From contig SUUL01000001.1 of the NCBI GenBank assembly GCA_015062545.1, forward strand, positions 27,402-91,401: DNA of 64,000 nucleotides, written 5' to 3'. Made by a program: the position numbers and the translations under genes. The DNA is from Alphaproteobacteria bacterium (GTDB lineage Bacteria; Pseudomonadota; Alphaproteobacteria; Rs-D84). The number at the start of each line of letters is the position of its first letter. Positions within the stretch are counted from its first letter, which is position 1. Positions 26,433 through 34,788 of the stretch are shown piece after piece. The notes under the pieces are model-generated. The model searched no databases and was not told where the DNA came from. It saw only the letters and a list, made by a program, of their open reading frames with translations.

Positions 26433-27275
26433 ATGGTGTATAGAAAATCTGAAAATACGGACAATGAACAAATAGAAGAGTTTAGAAAAAGACTCTCTAT
26501 ATGTCTTGGTATTTATGGTGATATATTTCCCCCACGAAATAAAAAAGCAATAGAACCGAAATTGTGGGACGAGTGGAAGAAATATATAAGTGCATGTTTA
26601 GTGGGGGGTAAAACAAAAAATCTCTCTGATATAACGCAATATGATGTGTTTAGTGGTATTTTTGGAAATGACGTATTAGATATTTTGAATTTTATAAAAA
26701 TTGAAGATATAAATAAGCAAGAGAAACTACTTAAAGAATTGTTAGAAATATGTGCAAGCATCGTAAAACCGCCAAGAGACAAAAGAATTCTTGGCTATGA
26801 AGAAATACAAAAGCAAATAAAGCAAGATTATAAAGTTGTAAATTCTCGAATTATGGCAGGTTGTGCTTTGTATTCGATGTTGTTATACTTTGAAGAAATG
26901 TATTGCTTAATGCAACAAAATAAAAAGGTTGTTGATTCAGATAATAATTTGATATTATTTCACTTTGTGGGTTGTTGCAGGGAAATTTTTGATGTTTTAC
27001 ACAGGTTCAAAAATGAGACATTATCGCAACATCATAAAGCGAACAAATCCCATGCAAAATCAAACGAACTAAAAAATGACATTCTTGAAATTGCACGAGA
27101 TATGAGACGAAGAAATTCGAAGTTGGCACAAAGCAAGATAATTGCCAAGTTATTGAGTGAAAACAAATATACAGAAATACAAGATAGAATAATCAGTGAT
27201 TTACAAACGGAAGACCCAGCAGAAACTATCCGTAAGTGGTTGCCACCAAAGAAAGACGATTTTTGGAAAACATGA
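26433..27275 (+). CDS. Hypothetical all-alpha protein, very AT-rich (Abi-like?)
   Basis: 281 aa from the ATG at 26433. Lys/Glu-rich helical composition, no TM, roughly 30% GC against about 40% in flanking core genes. No recognisable catalytic motif. Confidence 0.5.
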   Translation: MVYRKSENTDNEQIEEFRKRLSICLGIYGDIFPPRNKKAIEPKLWDEWKKYISACLVGGKTKNLSDITQYDVFSGIFGNDVLDILNFIKIEDINKQEKLLKELLEICASIVKPPRDKRILGYEEIQKQIKQDYKVVNSRIMAGCALYSMLLYFEEMYCLMQQNKKVVDSDNNLILFHFVGCCREIFDVLHRFKNETLSQHHKANKSHAKSNELKNDILEIARDMRRRNSKLAQSKIIAKLLSENKYTEIQDRIISDLQTEDPAETIRKWLPPKKDDFWKT

Positions 27276-27369
27276 TATTTTCGTCTAATAAGTGCGCTAT
27301 TTGATGTATTGATTGTTTGATGTTCATAATATCGTTATAGTAAGTAGTTCGAAATTCGTTAACTATCGT

Positions 27370-27470
27370 CAACCACACTTCGCGTCTGCGACGCTTCGTG
27401 TGGCAGGCCACACAAGCGGAGTAGTTATCGCGAAGTAGTGTCCACCGCAGCCTTGGCGTAGGCGGACTGG
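27370..27470. other. GC-rich ~100-bp structured element (nested hairpins) inside AT-rich DNA, immediately upstream of the GIY-YIG gene
   Basis: Inner hairpin GCTT-c-GTGTGG-CAGG-CCACAC-AAGC at 27393-27417; outer complementary arms CACACTTCGCG / CGCGAAGTaGTGT. Not a tRNA (no T-loop) and no ORF. Confidence 0.4.
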
Positions 27471-27482
27471 AATAAAAATCAA

Positions 27483-27728
27483 ATGTTTTATGTCTATCTT
27501 ATAAAAAGCATTTCCCATCCAGAACAAAAATACATCGGGCAAACTGATGATTTAAAGAAACGACTAACGCAACATAATGCGGGATATTCAATACATACGG
27601 CAAAATATAAACCTTGGGAATTGGTAAATTATTTTGCGTTTAGTTCCAAAGACGCTGCATTGGAATTTGAACAATATCTTAAAACAGGTTCCGGACACGC
27701 ATTCGCAAAAAAACATTTTTGGAAATAA
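27483..27728 (+). CDS. GIY-YIG nuclease family protein (UPF0213/YhbQ-like)
   Basis: FYVYLIKS...KYIGQTDDLKKRLTQHN is the canonical GIY-YIG core; 81 aa. Confidence 0.75.
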   Translation: MFYVYLIKSISHPEQKYIGQTDDLKKRLTQHNAGYSIHTAKYKPWELVNYFAFSSKDAALEFEQYLKTGSGHAFAKKHFWK

Positions 27729-27841
27729 TTTATCAAGGGGCCGTAGCGCATTCCAGAGAACAAAAAATATAAGACTTTGGCGAGTTCGAAAGTAATTTTT
27801 ATAAAAATTATGTCGTTATCAACACTTTCGAACTTTGAAAA

Positions 27842-28405
27842 TTATTTATTAATCCCTAAATCTTTCATTTGTGATAAAAGCGACATATCAATATTTTTTG
27901 AAACAGGCTTATATAATTCAAAATTATCTATATTGTTTACAAGTTCTGTCCAGATATCATCGCGGTCTTGTGGACAATCTATACCCGGTTTTAGAACGTA
28001 TACTTTTATGTTTCCATTTATTATTTCCTGCATAACATCAATTTCGATAACTCTTTTAATCGGTTTGTCCGTCAAGGAATAATAAGTCCCATCGATGTCG
28101 CGTTCAAAACCGTCAGAATCTAATTCGTATATATATGCTTTTTTGCCAGAAATATCTTGGCGTAATTTTTGAACATACAAAGTATCACTTGTTCTTGGGG
28201 ATTTCCATCCGTCCGCTATCAGTCGCATACATGCATAATTTCTTGCGCGAGCAAAATCAGGTGTTGCAAATACAGCAGTTATAGGTGTGTTTGTTGTTGG
28301 TAAATACGCATCATGGGCACGAACAACACCGTCTGTTATTTTATACTGTGAACCATGATAAAGAGTTTTTACTTTATTGTCCATGTTTGCAATCCTATCA
28401 TACAA
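27842..28405 (-). CDS. Hypothetical protein with an N-terminal H-G-S motif (possible ADP-ribosyltransferase/Tpt1-like fold); AT-rich
   Basis: KTLYHGSQYKI near the N-terminus resembles the NAD-binding H-G-[ST] strand of PARP/KptA-clade ARTs (KptA: FLYHGTASRFL). The rest is uncharacterised. 187 aa. Confidence 0.45.
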   Translation of the reverse strand: MYDRIANMDNKVKTLYHGSQYKITDGVVRAHDAYLPTTNTPITAVFATPDFARARNYACMRLIADGWKSPRTSDTLYVQKLRQDISGKKAYIYELDSDGFERDIDGTYYSLTDKPIKRVIEIDVMQEIINGNIKVYVLKPGIDCPQDRDDIWTELVNNIDNFELYKPVSKNIDMSLLSQMKDLGINK

Positions 28406-28486
28406 ATGTGTTTAAATCTATTATTTCTTGTCCAATTTCCAATAATTCGGTTCGCGAACTGCACAGACAGTACAACCAAAATAAAA

Positions 28487-28515
28487 CAATGCCCACCAGG
28501 GGGCATTGTTTGTTT
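28487..28515. terminator. Bidirectional hairpin terminator
   Basis: aatgcccaccagggggcatt followed by gtttgtttt; the complement is followed by gttttatttt. Confidence 0.6.
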
Positions 28516-28571
28516 TGATATACGTCACGGATTGTGAAAACTGTTTAATTTCGTTCGCACCACAAAAAATA

Positions 28572-28599
28572 TTGACAATTTGTATTTTTGTGCTATATT
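28572..28599 (+). promoter_or_regulatory. Sigma70-like promoter TTGACA-N16-TATATT for the small membrane-protein gene
   Basis: Consensus -35 hexamer and a good -10, about 35 bp upstream of the 28635 start. Confidence 0.5.
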
Positions 28600-28634
28600 T
28601 TCTCGGTAAATAATTATAAATGAGGTACAAAATC

Positions 28635-28925
28635 ATGAAAGAAACAAAAAAACCACAAAAAGATTTTCGCGAACTTCGCAGAACATTCCTGAGATATGCA
28701 TCTGGCGCGCTGGGGTGTGCATCTTTTGCGTTATTGTATATGCTGTGTGGCACAAGCGATTACCGCGACAGCTTGAAATATGAAGACGAATGGGTGCGCG
28801 AAAAGAAAGAAGCAGAACTTATTTCAGAAGAAACCGAAACAAAGTGGACCATACTGTCTCTTATTGGATGGGGAATTGGTACTGCAGGGATATGCTTGAC
28901 AGAAAAAAAACAAAAAAAGAGATAA
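28635..28925 (+). CDS. Small membrane protein (2 TM)
   Basis: GAGGT RBS 8 nt upstream of the ATG at 28635; two hydrophobic helices (ALGCASFALLYMLCG; ILSLIGWGIGTAGICL). Confidence 0.5.
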   Translation: MKETKKPQKDFRELRRTFLRYASGALGCASFALLYMLCGTSDYRDSLKYEDEWVREKKEAELISEETETKWTILSLIGWGIGTAGICLTEKKQKKR

Positions 28926-28953
28926 CAATAATCGGTTTGTTAAAATCAGATGA

Positions 28954-28984
28954 TAAATGCCCCATCGGGGCATTTTCTTTTCTT
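28954..28984 (+). terminator. Rho-independent terminator
   Basis: aaatgccccatcggggcattt followed by tcttttctt. Confidence 0.65.
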
Positions 28985-29127
28985 AATTCTTTTAAATTTT
29001 ACAGGTATGGCAAAATATATTTGGGCAGAACGAACCAGCCCCCCCCAGATAAAACACACGTATCAATGTTGATTTTTATGTATTTAGATGCCCCTTTGTG
29101 CTATAATCATATCCAAAAGGAGCTAAC

Positions 29128-29547
29128 ATGACAAAACAGCAACAACTTAGGAAAGCTGCGAACAAAGTTTCCATAAAAAAAGCCGAACCAATTCCATTGG
29201 ACAACAAAACAAGACACCAGGTTCTGGCGACCCTGAAACGTCCAGATGTTTTAATCGTATCAGATCAACCAATCAGCGACATTAGTGACGAAGGGCACTA
29301 TAAGTTGGTGGATAAAAATAATAATGTCTTGTATGAACTGTTGATATCTCCATTTACAATACGCCTGGTTCAACATGGCAAAGTTATTGCGCGATGCAAC
29401 ATACAACCCATTAGAGATGAATTATATGACGATATTGAAATCACAGATGACAATATGGAACATATTACTTTTGAAATTATCAGATTATACAATTTGCATC
29501 ACAGTCAAACTAAAAATGTTATCGCAACAAAACAGAAAGCAAGATAA
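29128..29547 (+). CDS. Hypothetical protein
   Basis: AAAAGGAG RBS; an extended -10 (TGcTATAAT) upstream; 139 aa; no recognisable motif. Confidence 0.5.
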   Translation: MTKQQQLRKAANKVSIKKAEPIPLDNKTRHQVLATLKRPDVLIVSDQPISDISDEGHYKLVDKNNNVLYELLISPFTIRLVQHGKVIARCNIQPIRDELYDDIEITDDNMEHITFEIIRLYNLHHSQTKNVIATKQKAR

Positions 29548-29550
29548 GAA

Positions 29551-29574
29551 AAAACGCCCATCTGGGCGTTTTTT
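29551..29574. terminator. Bidirectional hairpin terminator
   Basis: aaaacgcccatctgggcgtttttt; overlaps the stop of the ABC-F gene. Confidence 0.65.
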
Positions 29575-30967
29575 ATTTTGCAGACATTATGTCAAATTCT
29601 GAATCTATTTTTATATTTCTGACAAACATTTCATCATGCGACACCAGCAAGATTGCACCAGTGTACTGATTCAACGCATCTTCCAATATCGCAATACTTT
29701 TTATTTCCAGATTATTTGTTGGCTCATCCAGTATTAACAAATCTGGTTGATTGTCGCCACCCAGAACGGCCGCCAATGTTGCCTTTAACAATTCACCACC
29801 AGACAATGTTCCCACACACCGCAAAGATACATCGCCACGAAAACCAAAGTTAGCCGCAATCGCATGCGCATCATGCTTTAAGCAGCCAGAAATATCTATT
29901 ATATTTTCAACAACCGTTTTATCCCTGTGCAGCAACGACAAATCTTGATTTATATACGCAATACGACCATTGGTTTTTATATCGCCAGATAATGGCTTTA
30001 TTTCGCCACTGATTATCTTTAACAATGTTGATTTTCCGGAACCATTTTTACCCATCAAACGCACCCTTGATTTCCCACGCATAGAAAAATCAAAGTTATC
30101 CAAAATCAACTTGTCGCCATACGAAAAACACAGTCCAGATACATTTATCAATTCTTTGTTATGAAATGGTTTGTTCGGTAATGGAATTTTAATTTTGTCG
30201 TCACGCATTTGTTCAGACAATGATTGCTGCAAAGAAATTTGTTCATCTAACTTTTTTTGAATAATGGCGCGCCGTTTTGCTTCGGTTTCTTGGCTTTTGC
30301 CTTTTAGTGCGTTTGCCGTAATGCGACTGCGCCGCGCGGTGGAAATTTCTTTACTCTGTTTTACTTCATGATGCTGACGTGTGTTTTGCGCAACGTTTAT
30401 TGTATGATTCAGGCGTGCAATATTTTTTTGCGTGTTCGTATATTTAGAACGAACGTTGTCTGATTCAAGTTGACGTTGTAACAAATAAAAATCATAGTTA
30501 CCACCATAGACCTTGATTTGTCCGTTGTGCAATTCAATTATCTTGTCCACACGTTGCAATAATTCCCTGTCATGAGAAACAATTACAACGCCATGCGGAT
30601 ATGAATCCAGTTGATGGAAAAATGTTCGCTTGGCATCTGTGTCCAGATTATTCGTGGGTTCGTCCATCAACAAGATATCTGCCCCACTGTCAAACGCGCG
30701 CATAATCGAAAACATTTGTTGTTCACCACCACTGCGCGAATCTGCAATTTGTAATTGGTCCAGCATAAACACACTGGCACTTCTGGAAACATGCCCAGAA
30801 TCAGGCGATAATTGACCCGCCAACATTTTTAACAATGTTGTCTTGCCAGAACCGTTGTCACCGACAATTGCAACCCGATCAGAATCAGAAAATGCAACCG
30901 ACACGTTACTTAACAAGTTATTATCGTTATATCCAAAATATACATTTGATAAAGAAATCACAGCCAT
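29573..30967 (-). CDS. ABC-F family ATPase (two ABC nucleotide-binding domains, no TM domain), Msr/Vga-sized
   Basis: Two Walker A motifs (GDNGSGKTT; GKNGSGKST), two signature motifs (SGGEQQ; SGGELLK), Walker B LLMDEPTNNLD / LILDEPTNNLE, and a ~80-aa charged inter-domain linker. Start at MAVISLSNVYFGY, about 464 aa. Confidence 0.75.
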   Translation of the reverse strand: MAVISLSNVYFGYNDNNLLSNVSVAFSDSDRVAIVGDNGSGKTTLLKMLAGQLSPDSGHVSRSASVFMLDQLQIADSRSGGEQQMFSIMRAFDSGADILLMDEPTNNLDTDAKRTFFHQLDSYPHGVVIVSHDRELLQRVDKIIELHNGQIKVYGGNYDFYLLQRQLESDNVRSKYTNTQKNIARLNHTINVAQNTRQHHEVKQSKEISTARRSRITANALKGKSQETEAKRRAIIQKKLDEQISLQQSLSEQMRDDKIKIPLPNKPFHNKELINVSGLCFSYGDKLILDNFDFSMRGKSRVRLMGKNGSGKSTLLKIISGEIKPLSGDIKTNGRIAYINQDLSLLHRDKTVVENIIDISGCLKHDAHAIAANFGFRGDVSLRCVGTLSGGELLKATLAAVLGGDNQPDLLILDEPTNNLEIKSIAILEDALNQYTGAILLVSHDEMFVRNIKIDSEFDIMSAK

Positions 30968-31189
30968 AATAAACCCCATAATATCGTAATTAAACAAGCA
31001 CATATTTTCTATGTGCGAACATATCAAAAATTACAATATTACATACTCATTGGGTTTCGGCCTTTTAATTTGATTATGGTTATATATTATCAGCCGCATA
31101 CCAATTGTCAATTGATTTATAAATAAATCCGTTGTATTATTTGCGTGGCATCGGGATTGCAGAGAGGGACAAACAAAGGTTGTTTTATA

Positions 31190-31960
31190 ATGTTAAAAAT
31201 TCCATTAAATAATACCGTGTTGCAAAACCACAAGTTGTTGGCAGTCCCTGTGAATATTACATACAGAACACAATATGAACGCAACGCATATCGATGGGCG
31301 GAATGTGTATTCCTGACACAGTGTGGTAATAAGTTGACATACACAACGTGCACACCACGACATGTAATTCAAAGTTATGACATGGTGGATTTTGAATTAC
31401 CACACCCATTAACGATTAATCTGCGATCCGTACCATATAAACCCGCGGACAAAAGTGCAATTCTGGAAGTTCCGGATTGCACGCTGGAAACATTAAATAC
31501 TTTTTATAACCCAAATCGTCCAAAATATATCAAAACAGATGACCTGCAAACAAAAGTTATTTCTATTAATGGCCGGCGCGCCAATCTGGAATACATTAAC
31601 CCACAAAAATTCTTGCTTCAGTTGGCAGATATGAATTTAAAAGCAATTCCTGTTTTGGACCACACCGAATACCAATGGTTCAAACAATACGATAATGGTG
31701 AAATTGATTACTGTGATATATCCAATATATACCAAATCGTCACTGGGCAAGACTTTCAAGATGGGCACATGCGACATCAGGGCAATAATGCAATACTAAA
31801 TAAAATTAACCAATTACATCGTGCAGCATCGAAACACGCCATATTAACCAAAGAATTTTGTAATGGTACTGAATATAACCTGTACCACATGCCTATTGCA
31901 ATTTTTGAAAATCCAAAACAGAAAATAATATGGATGGGACTGGCACAAAAAGTTAAGTAA
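31190..31960 (+). CDS. Hypothetical protein
   Basis: The ATG at 31190 is preferred over the GTG at 31145. 257 aa, no recognisable motif. Followed by a strong terminator. Confidence 0.45.
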   Translation: MLKIPLNNTVLQNHKLLAVPVNITYRTQYERNAYRWAECVFLTQCGNKLTYTTCTPRHVIQSYDMVDFELPHPLTINLRSVPYKPADKSAILEVPDCTLETLNTFYNPNRPKYIKTDDLQTKVISINGRRANLEYINPQKFLLQLADMNLKAIPVLDHTEYQWFKQYDNGEIDYCDISNIYQIVTGQDFQDGHMRHQGNNAILNKINQLHRAASKHAILTKEFCNGTEYNLYHMPIAIFENPKQKIIWMGLAQKVK

Positions 31961-31988
31961 AAAACCGCCATGTTTGGCGGTTTTTTAT
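31961..31988. terminator. Bidirectional hairpin terminator
   Basis: aaaaccgccatgtttggcggtttttt. Confidence 0.7.
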
Positions 31989-32087
31989 GGGTTGTTATTT
32001 TAATCAACCTTAACACGACATTTGTTCCAACGCTGTTTTCGGCGCATCAAAAACACCCAACAATCAAATCAATCCAAGATATATCCA

Positions 32088-33020
32088 TTACAATAAATGG
32101 TCCGGTTCCCCACACGCAATCGCAGCATACAGACCATCGTAACCATGTATATATTTTAATTCAAACATATTGTCTGCATCCAGTTTCATCATAACTTGAA
32201 ACACACCTTGTTCTACACAAACCAAATTATGTCGCTTTAACATTTTGCGTGTACGTTCAAAGGCAACATGAAAATCATGACACAACGACAGTGGTATCAT
32301 AAACGAACCGGCAGGCACATCATAATCTGCATTAATCATGGCAATGTCTGTAAAATTTTGTTTCGCCAATGTTTGTGCGGTCGCAGGCATTATTTCACGA
32401 CCAAATAACCATTTATATAAATCATACATAAAACGAGGCACAAAACGCGGACGCGATTTACCCAATGTCGGGGCAATCGTCATACGAACACGTGTCGGGC
32501 GCGCTGTAATAGTGCCCGTCCAATTATTCCAAACAACATCATTTATATACTTTGGGCTGAATGCGCCGGCATCAATCCACATAAAATATTTACTGTCGTA
32601 CTGATTATTTTGTGCCGCCCAATCCATAATTGCAGGTTTGGCCCATATCACAGGCAAATAATCACGCCAGGTTTCTGGTTCACGATGATGTAAAAAATAT
32701 CCAACATGACGCTTCATATCGTGCATGATTTTACACGAATCTTCACGTTCAGACCAATGTGGCAGCTCAGTTAAATCCATAATACGCATCTGAATCTTAT
32801 CACCCCAACCATGTTTCGTTAAATATTCGGCAGTTTCAGCATCGCACCATAATGCAACACGTTTGAATGTCTGACACAGGCGTAATAATGATTTCAAATA
32901 AAAACTCTTGAAACGGCGGTTGGAATGTTTAATCGTGGACAAATCCGCCTCGTTCGGCATTTTGAAACACATTGTACAAAATGTAATATCCGATCTGGCG
33001 CAATCATATTTTATTGACAT
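32088..33020 (-). CDS. Putative glycan/LPS-modifying protein (glycosyltransferase-like; function uncertain)
   Basis: 310 aa, last gene of a three-gene minus-strand operon with two kinase-like genes. FMWIDAGAF segment. No confident family assignment. Confidence 0.4.
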   Translation of the reverse strand: MSIKYDCARSDITFCTMCFKMPNEADLSTIKHSNRRFKSFYLKSLLRLCQTFKRVALWCDAETAEYLTKHGWGDKIQMRIMDLTELPHWSEREDSCKIMHDMKRHVGYFLHHREPETWRDYLPVIWAKPAIMDWAAQNNQYDSKYFMWIDAGAFSPKYINDVVWNNWTGTITARPTRVRMTIAPTLGKSRPRFVPRFMYDLYKWLFGREIMPATAQTLAKQNFTDIAMINADYDVPAGSFMIPLSLCHDFHVAFERTRKMLKRHNLVCVEQGVFQVMMKLDADNMFELKYIHGYDGLYAAIACGEPDHLL

Positions 33021-33776
33021 TTACTGCCCCCTGATGTTTTTATGTTTTGCAAAATACAAATTTGAATATTCATACAGCGTATGAACCATCAGTCCTTGGA
33101 ATCCGTGTTTATCCCAATGATGATTGGCGTATGACAGACTGGTACGAAAATCACAAAATGCGGTTTTATCACAATCAATAAATCCAACAATATTCATATC
33201 ATCGTCCAACATACAGTTATTACCAATATCATTATGAAACCAACCATACATATACCCAGGCACCGCATTTGGGTCTGGCTTTAAATCACGAATTTCGGCT
33301 GGATCGGCACAACCAATTTTATACATAAATTCTGCCAACTGTTTTGCTATTTTTTCCTGGTGGGCAAAAATTTCAGACGGTGCAAAATCGCACAACAATT
33401 TTCCATGCACAAAATCATAACGACGCACCAACACACCGTTCCAATCAATCACTTCCATTTTTGGCGACATTAATGGCGACACACGGCGCAGAGCATTTAC
33501 AATACGTTCTTCACGCAGGGCTGGATTTTCACGTTTGACCAATAAAAATTTAAACACATGCTCTTTATTTAGCATAACAACCAGATTACGACAACCAACA
33601 CCAAATGCCATTGACAATGAACGAACGCCACCACAATTTTCACGCGCCCAATGCTTTACATATCTGACATACGAAAACGCCACAGGATACATTAAAAACA
33701 CACGAACGCGGGTGCGCGCATTTTTACCAGGAATAAATCCACAAATTATATTAACCAGTGTGTGGCGTAAACTCAT
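33021..33776 (-). CDS. Kdo/WaaP-family lipopolysaccharide kinase-like protein (protein-kinase-like fold)
   Basis: Catalytic-loop motif FHNDIGNNCML (HxDxxxxN) followed by VGFIDCD (the IDxD metal-binding motif of LPS/aminoglycoside-type kinases); 251 aa. Confidence 0.5.
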   Translation of the reverse strand: MSLRHTLVNIICGFIPGKNARTRVRVFLMYPVAFSYVRYVKHWARENCGGVRSLSMAFGVGCRNLVVMLNKEHVFKFLLVKRENPALREERIVNALRRVSPLMSPKMEVIDWNGVLVRRYDFVHGKLLCDFAPSEIFAHQEKIAKQLAEFMYKIGCADPAEIRDLKPDPNAVPGYMYGWFHNDIGNNCMLDDDMNIVGFIDCDKTAFCDFRTSLSYANHHWDKHGFQGLMVHTLYEYSNLYFAKHKNIRGQ

Positions 33777-34525
33777 TTCGGTTTTTCCTTATGTTTTGGA
33801 TATGCTGCATTATACAGTTTGTCATATTCTGTTTTTACAGCGTTCATTAATTCACGATGCGGGCTGCGCTTGTCATTAAACATCATTACAGAAAAGTCGC
33901 GAAAGTCTGCATCTTCCCAATCGATAAATGCAATTACTTTCATGGTTTTGGTATCAACAAAAAAGTTATCACACACGTCTTGCTGTGTCCAACCATACAT
34001 GTATCGCGGTTTTTCATCGGGCATCTTTTTCAAGTCACGTATTTCAACCGGATCTGATTCACCAATGACAAATATAAAGTTCGCAATCTGGGGTGCCAAT
34101 TTATCAATATTTGCCAACGCCATATCCAGTGGCATCTGGCGCAGTTGGGTCCCATGAATATATTCATACCGGCGTATCACACGACCACGATGCATAAATA
34201 TTTCCACAGGCGGAACATATATCGGAGATATTTTACGCAACGTATCCACCACACGTACTTCGCGTAATGCCAATTCGTCAGAATCACTGCGGCGCAGGGG
34301 GAACTTGAATATATACCTATCATTAACACCAACCAATAAACTGCGCGCCTGGTACCCGGTAAATGTTTTTACTTTGCGTATGGGCGCACCGATATTTTTA
34401 CGAATAAAACGCAAATATGACAACATGTCAGAATTTAATACAGCGCGCACACGTTTGCGTGTATCTTTGTTATAGATACATCCGCAAATCATATTTGTAA
34501 AAAATCTGCGTATTGAACCCGCCAT
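33773..34525 (-). CDS. Kdo/WaaP-family kinase-like paralog (degenerate catalytic loop)
   Basis: About 40% identical to the downstream paralog (shared KFPL, YMYGW, AFIDWED). The catalytic loop reads TQQDVCDNFFV, with Gln replacing the His. Confidence 0.5.
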   Translation of the reverse strand: MAGSIRRFFTNMICGCIYNKDTRKRVRAVLNSDMLSYLRFIRKNIGAPIRKVKTFTGYQARSLLVGVNDRYIFKFPLRRSDSDELALREVRVVDTLRKISPIYVPPVEIFMHRGRVIRRYEYIHGTQLRQMPLDMALANIDKLAPQIANFIFVIGESDPVEIRDLKKMPDEKPRYMYGWTQQDVCDNFFVDTKTMKVIAFIDWEDADFRDFSVMMFNDKRSPHRELMNAVKTEYDKLYNAAYPKHKEKPK

Positions 34526-34615
34526 AACATCAGATATGCTAAAAGAATAAATTCACAGGCGCAAGGAAAACTTTCATTTGCAAATAGTGTACAATGTGGT
34601 ATAAAATTAAAGAAC

Positions 34616-34690
34616 GCTCCCATCGTCTAGCGGTCAGGACATCAGATTCTCATTCTGGTAACACGGGTTCGATTCCCGTTGGGAGTGCCA
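34616..34690 (+). tRNA. tRNA-Glu (anticodon CUC), CCA encoded
   Basis: Hand-folded: acceptor GCTCCCA/TGGGAGT, D stem GTCT/GGAC, anticodon stem TCAGA/TCTGG with loop TTCTCAT, T arm ACGGG-TTCGATT-CCCGT, discriminator G. TTGCAA-N17-ATAAAA promoter upstream. Confidence 0.8.
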
Positions 34691-34788
34691 GTGCTGTGTT
34701 TTACAGTGCTGGACAACGGCGAATCTCATGACGCGAACCAAGTGTTCGTTGCTAATAACGCAACTCACACGGTTCTTGTTCACTCGGT

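Noticed and set aside
27370-27470. Possible tRNA or tmRNA fragment in the GC-rich element
   Set aside because: No T-loop (GTTCRANYC) and no acceptor-stem pairing compatible with a cloverleaf, so it is treated as a hairpin element rather than a tRNA.
28790-29131. 113-aa plus-strand ORF spanning a terminator and a promoter
   Set aside because: It runs across the 28954-28984 terminator hairpin and the promoter/RBS of the 29128 gene, in a different frame from both real genes. Its translation is Arg/Lys-rich low-complexity sequence.
31145-31189. Alternative GTG start extending the 31190 gene by 15 codons
   Set aside because: No RBS precedes the GTG, whereas the ATG at 31190 has an AAAGG motif upstream. 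The shorter start is preferred, but this is not certain.
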